A stretch of DNA of 64,000 nucleotides from an uncultured Dehalococcoidia bacterium (GCA_950072105.1 CATMOE010000010.1:14387-78386); one strand, 5' to 3'; counted from the first letter of the stretch, positions 9,304-19,372 are shown. A program made the numbers and translations. The notes: generated by a model from the sequence alone, not told the origin.

Positions 9304-10647
9304 ATGGTGAAGCTGGACGAAACCCCGGCAGCGGGCCGCTTAAGTTCCCTCCATCATTACGGCTGGGCGATCGTGGGCATGGCCACCGTCCTCCAACTGA
9401 CCACCAACTTCATCAGCCAGGCTTTCTCCATCCTCATTGTTATCATGCAAGATGAGTTTGGCTGGACTCTGACCTCAATCATCTTTGCCTACTTCTTCCG
9501 AAGCATCGTCAGCGCGTTGTTGTCGCCGGTGGCTGGCTGGATGGCGGATCGATACGGCTCACGTCGGACCCTGGTTATAGCAGGCATATGCTATACCAGC
9601 GGTCTGCTCTTACTTAGCACCATCAGCACCCAGTGGCAACTATACCTCTACTACAGCTTGATTCTGGGCGTCGCTCAATCCCTGTTCCGGGTCAACATCC
9701 CCACCACCGTCGCCGCCTGGTTCAAGAAACGTCTTGGGGTGGCGGTTGGTATCCAGCAGTCGGCAGGGGGGATGGGCAGCTCCATCATGGCCCCAGCGCT
9801 GGCCCTGCTTCTGTCAAGAACCGATTGGGAGACCGCATTCTGGATCATCCCGGCGATCGGGGGAACTATCGTCTTTTCCCTGGTGGCCTTTTTCCACGGC
9901 GACCCCGCCGACCGGGGAAAGAGACCCTACGGCGCGACTGACAACGACCCACCGCCAGTTGATACTAGCAATCCAGCCATAACCAAGCTACGGAGCAAAG
10001 CATTCCTCAAGCAGGCCAAGCAAACTCGGGCATTCTGGAACCTCATTGGCATCCATTACCTGGGTTGCATGGGGCATTCCATCGTCATGGTGGGCGTCGT
10101 ATTCTTCGCTACCCGGCCAGAGCAGGGCGTCTCTCTGCAGGCCGCCGCCTTCATCATCTCGATCTACACCCTGACCGCCAGCGGGAGCCGGTTCGCCGTC
10201 CCAGTGCTGGCAGACATGTTCGGGGCCAAATGGGTCATGGCCGTTGCTTATACTATCCAGGGGATCTCGGTGGCGTTGCTCTTCTGGACCCATGACGCCT
10301 GGCAGTTCTACCTGTTCGCCACCGTGTTCGGTGTAGGATTGGGCGGCGAGATGTCGGCGTTCTTGGTGATAGACCGCCAGTATTTTGGGATGGGCCCCGT
10401 CCGCACGATCTTCGGCTTCCAAAACCTGGGGTCCGGAATCGGGATGGCCGTTGGCGGACTTCTGGGCGGCGTAATATTCGACATTTACGGCTCTTATGAC
10501 ATAGCTTGGGTCATTTCTATCGCTACTAGCTTGGGAGGCGCTGCCTTCATATTGCTCTTGGAGCCCACCTCCCGCGTGCTGATTCCCGATTGGGAAGACG
10601 CCTTGCCGCCGGAGGCCCGGACACCGTCCCCGGTAGCATCAGGGTGA
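9304..10647 (+). CDS. MFS transporter (OFA/MCT-like)
   Basis: 12 TM segments, GWMADRYGSRR motif A, WFKKRLG. Confidence 0.9.
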   Translation: MVKLDETPAAGRLSSLHHYGWAIVGMATVLQLTTNFISQAFSILIVIMQDEFGWTLTSIIFAYFFRSIVSALLSPVAGWMADRYGSRRTLVIAGICYTSGLLLLSTISTQWQLYLYYSLILGVAQSLFRVNIPTTVAAWFKKRLGVAVGIQQSAGGMGSSIMAPALALLLSRTDWETAFWIIPAIGGTIVFSLVAFFHGDPADRGKRPYGATDNDPPPVDTSNPAITKLRSKAFLKQAKQTRAFWNLIGIHYLGCMGHSIVMVGVVFFATRPEQGVSLQAAAFIISIYTLTASGSRFAVPVLADMFGAKWVMAVAYTIQGISVALLFWTHDAWQFYLFATVFGVGLGGEMSAFLVIDRQYFGMGPVRTIFGFQNLGSGIGMAVGGLLGGVIFDIYGSYDIAWVISIATSLGGAAFILLLEPTSRVLIPDWEDALPPEARTPSPVASG

Positions 10648-10650
10648 CGG

Positions 10651-10688
10651 CCCTCACCCCGGCCCCTCTCCTAGCGGGAGAGGGGTGA
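10651..10688. repeat. REP-like hairpin
   Basis: CCCTCACCCCGG followed by CCCCTCTCC-TAGCG-GGAGAGGGG directly after the MFS stop codon. Confidence 0.6.
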
Positions 10689-10746
10689 CTCAGATATATT
10701 CAGGCGTAAAATCCGAATAACCACTCTCGACGGAGGTGCATCAACC

Positions 10747-12324
10747 ATGGCTAAGAAGATCGCGGCAGAGGACCTGAGCTCGTTGCTAGAGGGTAACAGC
10801 CAGTTTGCGTTGATCGACGTGCGGGAGGCGGGTGAGTATAACAGCACCCACATCATCGACTCCAGCCTGATTCCTCGCAGGCAATTGGAATCCCAGATGT
10901 CCGCCGCAGTGCCGGTAAAGGGTTGCCAGGTAGTTATATGCGACGACGACGGCCGGCGGGCAGGTCTGGCCGCCGAAACTCTGGAGCGCATGGGCTACAG
11001 CGATGTTTCGGTATTGGACGGGGGCATCAACCAGTGGTCCACCCTGGACTTCCCCACCGAGTGGGGGAGCAACGTAATCAGCAAGGTGTTCGGCGAGAAG
11101 ATGGAAGTAGTCCACCACGTACCCGAGATCGACGCCACCGAGCTGCACGAGCGGATAGAGCGCGGGGACAAGCTGGTTATCCTGGACACCCGCACCCCGG
11201 AAGAGTACCAACGGTTCTGTATCCCCGGCGGCCGGAGCGTTCCCGGCGGTGAGTTGGCCCTGCGGGTCACCGACATCACCAAAGACCTGGACAAAGACAC
11301 CACGGTCATCGTCAACTGCGCCGGACGCACCCGCAGCATCATCGGGACCAGGGTGCTACAACGGATGGGATTGACCAACATCTTTGGATTGAAAAACGGC
11401 ACCTCGGGCTGGGTGTTGGCCGGCTACGAGCTAGAAACCGGAGCCGACCGGCTTGACCTGCCCGAGCCCTCTCCCGAAGGCTTAGCCGCCGCCGAAGCCT
11501 ACGCCGATACGCTTGCCGCCGAAGACGGCGTCCGCTACATGGATATTCCCAGACTTCAGGCCATGTTGGCTAATAGAGAGAAAGAACCCGCGTTTTTCGT
11601 CGACGTGCGCAGAGCCGAAGAGTACGAAGCCGGCCATATCCCCGGCTTCCGCTGGTTCCCCGGTGGCCAGGTAGTCCAACGGTCCGACGACGTGCTGGTG
11701 GTCAAGAATTGCCCGGTGGTCTTCGCTTGCGACCAGAAGGCCCGTTCCACTTTCATTGCCTCCTGGTACCGCCAATTTGGCTTTGACGAAGTTTACGCCG
11801 TGGAAGGCGGTACCTCAGCGTGGGCCGCCGCGGGGTTGGACCTGGAAAAGGGTGTGCCCGAAGAGGCCCCGTACGGCCTGGCCCAAGCCAAAGAGCGGGT
11901 CAGGCCCCTATCTCCTCAGGACCTCCAAGTTGCCTCACCCCAGGTCACATTATTTGTGGATACCAGCCAGGACTTCGCCAGAGGCCACGTTCCCGGAGCC
12001 CGATGGGCGCCACGGGGTTGGCTGGAGTTTCACATCGCAGGCCTGGCGCCGGATAAGAAGGCAAGCATCGCGGTCACCGGTAACGACGGGGCCAACGCCG
12101 CCTTGGCCGGAGCCACCCTGATGGACCTGGGATATGAGAATGTCTCGGTCCTGGAAGGCGGAATGGCCGCGTGGAACAGGGCTGGATTGGCTGTGGAATC
12201 CGGATTGTCCGGCGTGATGTCCCCGCCTACCGACATGGTGCCCTCCGGACCGGACCGGAACTACGCCGACATGATGACCTATCTCCGCTGGGAAACCGCC
12301 TTGGGAGAGAAATTCGCCGGTTAG
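10747..12324 (+). CDS. Four-domain rhodanese / thiosulfate sulfurtransferase
   Basis: Four D(V/T)R..EY...HIPG-type repeats with L.GG...W ends; active loop NCAGRTRS in domain 2. Confidence 0.88.
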   Translation: MAKKIAAEDLSSLLEGNSQFALIDVREAGEYNSTHIIDSSLIPRRQLESQMSAAVPVKGCQVVICDDDGRRAGLAAETLERMGYSDVSVLDGGINQWSTLDFPTEWGSNVISKVFGEKMEVVHHVPEIDATELHERIERGDKLVILDTRTPEEYQRFCIPGGRSVPGGELALRVTDITKDLDKDTTVIVNCAGRTRSIIGTRVLQRMGLTNIFGLKNGTSGWVLAGYELETGADRLDLPEPSPEGLAAAEAYADTLAAEDGVRYMDIPRLQAMLANREKEPAFFVDVRRAEEYEAGHIPGFRWFPGGQVVQRSDDVLVVKNCPVVFACDQKARSTFIASWYRQFGFDEVYAVEGGTSAWAAAGLDLEKGVPEEAPYGLAQAKERVRPLSPQDLQVASPQVTLFVDTSQDFARGHVPGARWAPRGWLEFHIAGLAPDKKASIAVTGNDGANAALAGATLMDLGYENVSVLEGGMAAWNRAGLAVESGLSGVMSPPTDMVPSGPDRNYADMMTYLRWETALGEKFAG

Positions 12325-12349
12325 GCTCAGTCAAAGTCTAGCAGGCTGG

Positions 12350-12423
12350 TCCTTCGACAGGCTCAGGACGAACGGAAAGCGATCCAACCAGCCCCACCGT
12401 TCGTGGTGAGCTTGTCGAACCAC
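12350..12423. repeat. Dispersed palindromic element, copy 1 of 3
   Basis: TTCGACAGGCTCAGGACGAACGG...CCGTTCGTGGTGAGCTTGTCGAA; also at 43507 and 51596. Confidence 0.85.
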
Positions 12424-12484
12424 CTTTTGGGTTCACTTCTCAAGATGTACGGCCAATCCCAATCAACACCGCAAGGAAAACAAG

Positions 12485-13645
12485 ATGACCTATTTCCCAT
12501 TGACCAAAGGGCAGGAAGAGTGGCGAGACCGGGCGGCGGATATTGCCGCCAAGGAGCTGGCTCCCCGGGCAGAAGAAACCGACCGGTTGGGACGCTATCC
12601 CCAAGAATCACTCGATGCCTTGAAGCGGGAAGGCCTTTTCGGCCTCCGCGTCTCCAAAGAGCACGGCGGAGTGGGCGCCGACATGGTCACCACTTCCTTG
12701 GTTATCGAGGAACTGGCCAAAAAATGCCCCTCGACATGCATGTGCTACAAGATGCACCTAGAGGCGGCGGAGATCATCTGCCAGATTCCCACCGACTACC
12801 AGATAGAAAAGTTCGTCAAGCCCATGGCCAAAGGAGAGGTGTTCACCAGCATCGCCGGCAGCGAGACCTGGGGCGAGGGTGACAACTGGACCGCTGCCCA
12901 GACCGCCTCCGCCGTCACCAAGGTGCCCGGCGGATACCAACTGGACGGCATCCGAAAGTCCTACGTCACCTCGGCGGGACACGCCACCCACTTCCAATTT
13001 CACTGCCGGGTCGGCGAAGACTCTCCGCAAAGCGCCGCCAGCCGTCTGATCGTCGCGGCGGACGAGATCGATTGGGAGATCCTGGAGCCGTGGAACGGTT
13101 TAGGCATGCGAGGCAATTCCAGCTCTCCGGTCAAGTTCAGCGGTTTCGTCCCGGAAGAGAATCGCCTTGGCGAGGAGCACACCGTTGCCGCAGCGACAAC
13201 CCACTTTGCCCGCCCGGTGGTCGCCCTCACTTACGCCGCCGCCTACCTAGGTATCGCCTCTGGCGCCTACGAGTTGGCGATGGAGGAGATGGTCCGCCGC
13301 CACCCCAGCGGTGCCAGGCGGCTGGACAGCGCCATCAACCAGCGGCGCATGGCCGAGATGGGAACCCAGATCGAAGCGGCGCGAGCCCTGCTTTTGTCGG
13401 CTTCGTCGTCCTTCGACCAAGACCGGGCGTCCTCCCATCTACTTTACATGCAGGCCAAGGTCGCCTGCTCCGAAGCAGGAGTAAGGGTGACCCAGGACTT
13501 GATGACGTCGTTCGGAGGCGCGGCTTTTGCCGGACGGATGCCCTTCGAGCGGTATTTCCGGGACGCCCGGGCCGGCATGGTCATGGGCATGGCCAACGAC
13601 CTGGCCTACCAAAACATGATTCCCCTCATGTTTCCGGAGAATTAA
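12485..13645 (+). CDS. Acyl-CoA dehydrogenase family flavoprotein, atypical
   Basis: ACAD fold motifs (SE, G.KSYVTS, W.GLGMRG..S, ERYFRDAR); no Glu in the C-terminal YEGT-equivalent segment (VMGMAND). Confidence 0.85.
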   Translation: MTYFPLTKGQEEWRDRAADIAAKELAPRAEETDRLGRYPQESLDALKREGLFGLRVSKEHGGVGADMVTTSLVIEELAKKCPSTCMCYKMHLEAAEIICQIPTDYQIEKFVKPMAKGEVFTSIAGSETWGEGDNWTAAQTASAVTKVPGGYQLDGIRKSYVTSAGHATHFQFHCRVGEDSPQSAASRLIVAADEIDWEILEPWNGLGMRGNSSSPVKFSGFVPEENRLGEEHTVAAATTHFARPVVALTYAAAYLGIASGAYELAMEEMVRRHPSGARRLDSAINQRRMAEMGTQIEAARALLLSASSSFDQDRASSHLLYMQAKVACSEAGVRVTQDLMTSFGGAAFAGRMPFERYFRDARAGMVMGMANDLAYQNMIPLMFPEN

Positions 13646-13721
13646 GCCCGGCCTTCACGTATAAGAAAACCGTAGTACAATGAGGCAAGAATAGTCGTGA
13701 CAATCCATCCTAGGAAGCACC

Positions 13722-14072
13722 ATGCCACTTATTGAGCACAGCGAGATACCGATGCCAGCGGCGGTGGACAACCGCCGGGAGCGGGAGATTGTCTCCCACA
13801 AACAAGGCGCGGTTTCGCTTACCATCAAAGAGATCGAGCTATACCCCGGCTGGGAAGGACGCCTGCACACGCACCCGACGGACATCGCCATCATGGTAAT
13901 GGCCGGTGCCGTGCAACTTGTTCTCGGAGACGAAGTCTCCACCATTCGAGCGGGCACGACCGTGCTGGCCCCGCCCGGCGTGCCTCACAAGCTGGTTAAC
14001 CAACTATGGATCCCGGTTCGGTTGCTGGTGACCTATCCAGCCGCCGACCTGGACACTAACTATCTCGAGTAA
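13722..14072 (+). CDS. Cupin domain protein
   Basis: LHTHP..., G.TVLAPPGVPHKLVN. Confidence 0.8.
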   Translation: MPLIEHSEIPMPAAVDNRREREIVSHKQGAVSLTIKEIELYPGWEGRLHTHPTDIAIMVMAGAVQLVLGDEVSTIRAGTTVLAPPGVPHKLVNQLWIPVRLLVTYPAADLDTNYLE

Positions 14073-14094
14073 AACTAAGCCCAGGAGTCTAAAC

Positions 14095-15201
14095 ATGGCC
14101 ACCCAAATCACCCAGACCGCGTTAAAGCCTCAAATCATTCCCACCAACGCCGGATTGCGCACCTTCGCCGCGCCCCCAACGGCGTTACAAGAAGATATCG
14201 TGCCCAATGATTTGTTCTACATCCGCAATCATTGGAAGGACTGCCCGGAGATCGACCAGGCCACCTACCGGCTGGCGGTTGACGGCCAAGTAAGCACCCC
14301 CTTAAGTTTGAGCTATGAAGACTTGAAACAACTGCCTCAGAAAAGGTTCCAAGTCACCTTCGAGTGCTGCGGAAACAGCCCCGTGCCCGACTACTGGTCC
14401 AAGGCCCTGCGCATCAGCACGGTGATGGAAGGTATCAAGGGACACGGAATCATGGGCAACGCCGAGTGGGCTGGGGTTTCTTTACGGGACGTGCTGGAGA
14501 AAGCCGGGGTGAAGGATTCCGCGGTAGAGGTCATGTTCGAGGGCGCCGACCACGGTCCAGACGAAACCGTGGGGGATCCGCCGGAAGTTACCTACGAGCG
14601 CAGCCTGCCCATCGCCAAAGCGATGCACCCCGATACCCTCCTGGCTTACGAGATGAACGGTGAGCCGTTGCCCCTGAACCACGGCTTCCCTCTGCGTCTG
14701 CTGGTTTCGGGCTGGTACGGCATGAACTCGGTCAAGTGGCTGGTGGGCATCCACGTGCTGGACCACGAGTTCAAAGGCTTCTACATGACCGATAGGTACA
14801 TCACCACCAATGAACCGGGTTCGGCGGCGCCATATACCTTCTACACCAAGATGAAGGTCAAGTCCATCATCACCAACCCCGCCCCTGGTGAGATTGTCCC
14901 CGCAACTGGATACACCCTAGCCGGGGCGGCATGGTCCGGTGAAGACCAGATCACCAAAGTCGAGATCAGCACCGATGCCGGCGCAACTTGGAACCTGGTA
15001 GACACAGTCCGGCCTCGCAGCGACTATTCATGGAACCGGTGGGAGCACCAGTGGACCCCACCAGGTCCCGGTAAATATACCCTGATGTGCCGGGCCACTA
15101 ACGACCAAGGCGACACCCAGCCCATGGAATTCCCCAACAAGTGGGACGGCCGGGGTTACGGCAACAACATGGTGTTCCCCCACGAGGTTGAGGTTCGCTA
15201 G
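14095..15201 (+). CDS. Sulfite oxidase family molybdoenzyme (Moco plus dimerisation domain)
   Basis: FYIRNH, ECCGN (Mo-ligating Cys), W.GV.L, LAYEMNGEPLP..HGFPLRL..GWYG..SVKWL, G.AWSG. Confidence 0.9.
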   Translation: MATQITQTALKPQIIPTNAGLRTFAAPPTALQEDIVPNDLFYIRNHWKDCPEIDQATYRLAVDGQVSTPLSLSYEDLKQLPQKRFQVTFECCGNSPVPDYWSKALRISTVMEGIKGHGIMGNAEWAGVSLRDVLEKAGVKDSAVEVMFEGADHGPDETVGDPPEVTYERSLPIAKAMHPDTLLAYEMNGEPLPLNHGFPLRLLVSGWYGMNSVKWLVGIHVLDHEFKGFYMTDRYITTNEPGSAAPYTFYTKMKVKSIITNPAPGEIVPATGYTLAGAAWSGEDQITKVEISTDAGATWNLVDTVRPRSDYSWNRWEHQWTPPGPGKYTLMCRATNDQGDTQPMEFPNKWDGRGYGNNMVFPHEVEVR

Positions 15202-15202
15202 C

Positions 15203-15481
15203 ATGAAGGCTGTTCCCCTTCCCGTTTCGTTTATTCTGGTGCTTTGCCTGACCATCGCCCTGATGATTTTCTTCGGGGCATGGGCGGTTTCGGCCGACGT
15301 AGGCGAACGGGATAGGGTATTTGCCTTCGCCGTACCCGGCGGTACAGCTGCCCTGACCTCACATGCCAACGCCACCGGACCACTGGCACTGGGAGAAAGT
15401 AGCGCCATTGAAGACGGTCGCACCGCCGCCTCGGAGACATGGTGGGGCAGCGGCCTGCTCAGAGCGTGCCCGCTGCACTAG
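15203..15481 (+). CDS. Small hypothetical protein with N-terminal hydrophobic segment, ends CPLH
   Basis: ATG 1 nt after the sulfite oxidase stop codon; signal or anchor-like N-terminus. Confidence 0.55.
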   Translation: MKAVPLPVSFILVLCLTIALMIFFGAWAVSADVGERDRVFAFAVPGGTAALTSHANATGPLALGESSAIEDGRTAASETWWGSGLLRACPLH

Positions 15482-15566
15482 GCGCCGAGGCCAACTCCTC
15501 CCGATGCTCACTCTCCATGAAGAGATATTTCATTAGACCATCCCCGTGGCTGAGTATTATTGATTC

Positions 15567-16955
15567 ATGCTTAACCTAAGCGCTTCCAGGCTACCCTGGG
15601 GGCTGCATTACTGTTGGATAATCGTGGCCGTCTTGGCCACGGTGCAGATTCTCGCTACCTCCATCAGCATGGCCGCCGGTATTCTTTTGCCGCCCTTGAC
15701 CGACCCAGATGGCCGCTTCGGCTGGAGTGTCGGTACTATCGTCATGGGGCTGGCGGCCTATTACATGGTCGGAGCTATTTTCGCCCCAGTCAGCGGTTGG
15801 CTAGGCGACCGGTACGGCGCCCGGCGCATGATGTTCGCCGGCGCCATTCTGTACGGCGTCAGCATGGTGTTGCTGGGATTTGTCCGCGAGTTATGGCAGT
15901 TCTTCATCGTCTTCGGTTTTTTGCTATCACTGACCCAATCCATCGCCATGGTGCCTTTGATGGCGTCGGTCAGCGGCTGGTTTCGGCGGCGGTTGGGATT
16001 GGGAACCGGGATCCTGTGGGCCGCGGGCGGCTTAGGCACGGCCATCGTAGCACCGCTTACCGGCTACTTATTGGAGAATTACGGTTGGCAGATGACGTTC
16101 TGGAGCATCGGCGTCATCGGCTGCGGGATCTTGATTCTCCTAAACCTCCTGCTCCGCAATAAGCCGGAGGATATCGGCGTCAAGCCCTATGGGGCAGCCG
16201 ACGACGACCCACCTCCTACTGTCCGTAGCGCCACAGCGGAAAAACTGCGTCTAAAAGTGTTCAACCAGCATGTCCGGCGGACCAGAGCATTCTGGAACCT
16301 TCCGGCCATTCACGGACTGGGGTGCGCCGGACATGGCATAGTCCTGATCTTCTCAATTCCATTCGCCGTTGAGCAGGGTGTCGGCCTGACCCAGGCGGCG
16401 GTGATCCTTACGATAATTTCTCTGGTCAGCATCTCCAGCAGACTTCTGACCCCGGTTCTGGCGGAACGGTACGGCTCCAAACGTATCATGGCCAGTTGCC
16501 TGTTCGTTCAGGGCATTACCGTGCTTATCCTTTTTGGGGCCCATGACCTGTGGACTTTTTATCTGTTCGCCGCCCTGTTCGGCATAGGATTCGGCGGCGA
16601 GTGGACCGGATATCTGGTGATAAACCGGCAATACTTCGGCAACGGACCCATGGGGACCCTCTACGGATCACAGATGACCGGAGCGCTGATGGGACACGCG
16701 ATAACCACGGCCCTTGGCGGCGTGGTGTTCGAGATATTCAGATCTTCCGGCATCTTAGACCCCTACGATGTCATATTCGCCTTGTCCGTCGCCTTCAGCC
16801 TGGCGGGAGCGGCAGTTATCTTGACTTTGGAACCCACCTCCAAAACGCTCATTCCCGATTGGGAGATGTCGTTACCCGAAGAGGCCCGCTCCGGAGGCGC
16901 TGGGATTCCCGGTGCTCGAACCACGCCGCTCGAGCCCGCCGCCGGGGACGGATAA
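15567..16955 (+). CDS. MFS transporter, paralog of 9304-10647
   Basis: GWLGDRYGARR; shared tail LEPTS..LIPDWE..LP.EAR. Confidence 0.9.
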   Translation: MLNLSASRLPWGLHYCWIIVAVLATVQILATSISMAAGILLPPLTDPDGRFGWSVGTIVMGLAAYYMVGAIFAPVSGWLGDRYGARRMMFAGAILYGVSMVLLGFVRELWQFFIVFGFLLSLTQSIAMVPLMASVSGWFRRRLGLGTGILWAAGGLGTAIVAPLTGYLLENYGWQMTFWSIGVIGCGILILLNLLLRNKPEDIGVKPYGAADDDPPPTVRSATAEKLRLKVFNQHVRRTRAFWNLPAIHGLGCAGHGIVLIFSIPFAVEQGVGLTQAAVILTIISLVSISSRLLTPVLAERYGSKRIMASCLFVQGITVLILFGAHDLWTFYLFAALFGIGFGGEWTGYLVINRQYFGNGPMGTLYGSQMTGALMGHAITTALGGVVFEIFRSSGILDPYDVIFALSVAFSLAGAAVILTLEPTSKTLIPDWEMSLPEEARSGGAGIPGARTTPLEPAAGDG

Positions 16956-16986
16956 AGCCGGCAAAGCTGTAGAGAGGAACGCAAGC

Positions 16987-17661
16987 ATGCCCAAACTTAT
17001 CGACCTCACCCTAACCCTGGGAAGCCCGCGGGTTTCCGCCGTTCCGGGCCTGATCGGCGTGACCATGTCGCCGTTGCAGACCCACGAGTCCCACACGCGT
17101 TCCAACACCAAACTGACCCTGGCCACCCACATCGGCACCCACGTCGACGCTCCCTACCACTTTCATCCCGATGGGACCACTGTTGACGATATGCCTTTGG
17201 AGCGCTACATGGGACCGGCGCTCCTCTTGGACCTGCGCCAGTCGGCCCAGAGCAAGACGCCGATCTCCGTAGCGGACTTAGAGCAGGCCGGGGCCGCGCC
17301 CGGCACGATAAAGGACAACATCGTAGTTCTGTTCACGGGCTGGGCGCACAACGAGTCGGGAAAAGAGGGATTCTACTCCGACGGGCCTTACCTCAGCACG
17401 GAGGGGGCGGGTTACCTGGCAAGGCATGAAGTCAACGCCGTAGCTGTCGACTTTCCCATCGACAAACATCCGCCGACTCCGCAATCCACAATGAGCGATT
17501 TCCCGGTGCACCGGCTTCTGTTGGGCCTGGGCATACCGCTCATCGAAAACCTGATTAACCTGGACCAACTGGTAGGCTTCAATTTCGAGCTTTGGGCGTT
17601 GCCTTTGAAGCTGAAAGGCGGTGACGGGGCCGCCGCTCGCGCCGTCGCCCGCATTCTCTAA
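16987..17661 (+). CDS. Cyclase family protein (kynurenine formamidase-like)
   Basis: HIGTHVDAPYHF, VH..LL, IENL, LPLKL..GDGA.ARAVA. Confidence 0.9.
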   Translation: MPKLIDLTLTLGSPRVSAVPGLIGVTMSPLQTHESHTRSNTKLTLATHIGTHVDAPYHFHPDGTTVDDMPLERYMGPALLLDLRQSAQSKTPISVADLEQAGAAPGTIKDNIVVLFTGWAHNESGKEGFYSDGPYLSTEGAGYLARHEVNAVAVDFPIDKHPPTPQSTMSDFPVHRLLLGLGIPLIENLINLDQLVGFNFELWALPLKLKGGDGAAARAVARIL

Positions 17662-17682
17662 ACTCAATCCGGAAGTACTCCC

Positions 17683-18336
17683 ATGACCGGCAAATCCACC
17701 GGCAAGAGCGCCACCTCCATACTCCTGGCCACCGGAAATCCGGCCAAGCAGCAGAAACTCGCCTGGCTGGTTGAAGCCCTTAACTTGTCTCCCACGACTC
17801 CCCAACAGTTAGGCCTATCCGGAGTCCCCGAAGAGAAAGGCGGCACCCACCACGAGATTGCCCGGGCCAAAGCGCGAGAGTGGTCGCTGGCGGGGTCAAC
17901 ATTGGCCATCGCCTCCGACGGCGGCTTGGTCCTTCCGGCGCTGGGCGATAGCTGGGAAAGCCTCTACACCCACCGATTCGCCGGACCGGCGGCCGACGAC
18001 CAAGAGAGAACGCGCCGGTTATTGGAGTTGATGGAACCCTACCAAGGCGGCGAACGCGAGGCTTCTTGGGTGGAAGGCTTATGCGTTGCCGACCGGGGCC
18101 GGGTATTGGCCTCCTGGGAACTTCGGGGAGGCACTGGGGTTATCGCCGAAACGCCGGACGACGGCCCCGCGATTCCCGGATTCTGGGCCTTTTCAGTCTG
18201 GTATTTCCCTCAATTTGGCCGGACTTACAATCAACTCACCCCGGTCGAGCTTGAGTCTCTTGATGACCATTGGACCAGCCTGCGCCGGTTGGTAAGACGG
18301 TACTTCCAATCTCACTTCGTGTCCACCGGACATTGA
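17683..18336 (+). CDS. Ham1/ITPase-like NTP pyrophosphatase, divergent
   Basis: LATGNPAK, PEE.G.T..E.A..KA, SDGGL; SHR signature replaced by DHW. Confidence 0.65.
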   Translation: MTGKSTGKSATSILLATGNPAKQQKLAWLVEALNLSPTTPQQLGLSGVPEEKGGTHHEIARAKAREWSLAGSTLAIASDGGLVLPALGDSWESLYTHRFAGPAADDQERTRRLLELMEPYQGGEREASWVEGLCVADRGRVLASWELRGGTGVIAETPDDGPAIPGFWAFSVWYFPQFGRTYNQLTPVELESLDDHWTSLRRLVRRYFQSHFVSTGH

Positions 18337-18415
18337 TTACCCACCTGTGGTACCCAAGCTCCCGGATACGCTACAATGGTTTCACCCGTTACCACCCTGA
18401 CTACATTATTGGAGT

Positions 18416-19372
18416 TTGCCATTGACTTCCGCCATTAAGATGCCCGCCTCCATCGACGAGGTCCAGAAGATTCTCCGCGAGCAGCATTACATCAGCGACC
18501 GCAGCTTGGCGGTGCCCATATTCTTGAGCTTAAAGCTGCAACGGCCCCTGTTCCTAGAGGGTGAGGCCGGTGTCGGCAAAACGGAGATTGCCCGGGCCCT
18601 GGCTGCCGCGCTGGATACTGAGTTGATCCACCTTCAGTGCTACGAAGGCCTGGACATCAACCACGCCGTCTACGAATGGAATCACGCCCGCCAGATCCTG
18701 GAAATACGCCTGATGGAATCGTCCGGCCAGGTCGACCGGGAGAGCGCCACCGCCGACCTGTTCAGCGAGCGGTTCTTGATCAAACGCCCCCTTCTGCAGG
18801 CCATCGACGAAAGCCGGGAGAAGTCTCCAGTCCTGCTCATCGACGAGTTGGACCGGGCCGATGAGGAGTTCGAGGGATTCCTGCTGGAGATGCTGGGTAA
18901 CTTCCAGATCACGATTCCAGAATTGGGTACTTACAAGGCAGTCCATCCACCCATCGTTATAATCACCTCCAACCGGACTCGGGAAGTCCACGACGCGCTG
19001 AAGCGCCGCTGCCTGTACTACTGGATAGAATATCCAGACTTCCAGAAAGAGCTCCAAATCATCACCGACAAGATCCCCGAAGCTCCCCGCCAGTTGGCGC
19101 AACAGGTGACTGGATTCATTCAGGAATTGCGGGAGACCGAACTTTATAAGATTCCGGGGGTGTCGGAAACCCTGGACTGGACGTCGGCCCTCCTGGCTTT
19201 AAATCAGTCCGAGTTGGACCCCCAGGTTATCGACGACACCATGGGTATCGTGCTCAAGTACCAGGACGACATCGAAATGGTGCGAGGCGAGCCGGTGCGG
19301 GCCATGTTGGAGCGGTCCAAAAACCGAGGCCCCCGACGGGGAAGACGGGGTGGCGGCGGTGGCGGTCCGTGA
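18416..19372 (+). CDS. MoxR AAA+ ATPase (CoxD-like)
   Basis: LEGEAGVGKT, LQCYEGLD, LLIDELDR, TSNRTREVHDALKRRC. Confidence 0.92.
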   Translation: MPLTSAIKMPASIDEVQKILREQHYISDRSLAVPIFLSLKLQRPLFLEGEAGVGKTEIARALAAALDTELIHLQCYEGLDINHAVYEWNHARQILEIRLMESSGQVDRESATADLFSERFLIKRPLLQAIDESREKSPVLLIDELDRADEEFEGFLLEMLGNFQITIPELGTYKAVHPPIVIITSNRTREVHDALKRRCLYYWIEYPDFQKELQIITDKIPEAPRQLAQQVTGFIQELRETELYKIPGVSETLDWTSALLALNQSELDPQVIDDTMGIVLKYQDDIEMVRGEPVRAMLERSKNRGPRRGRRGGGGGGP

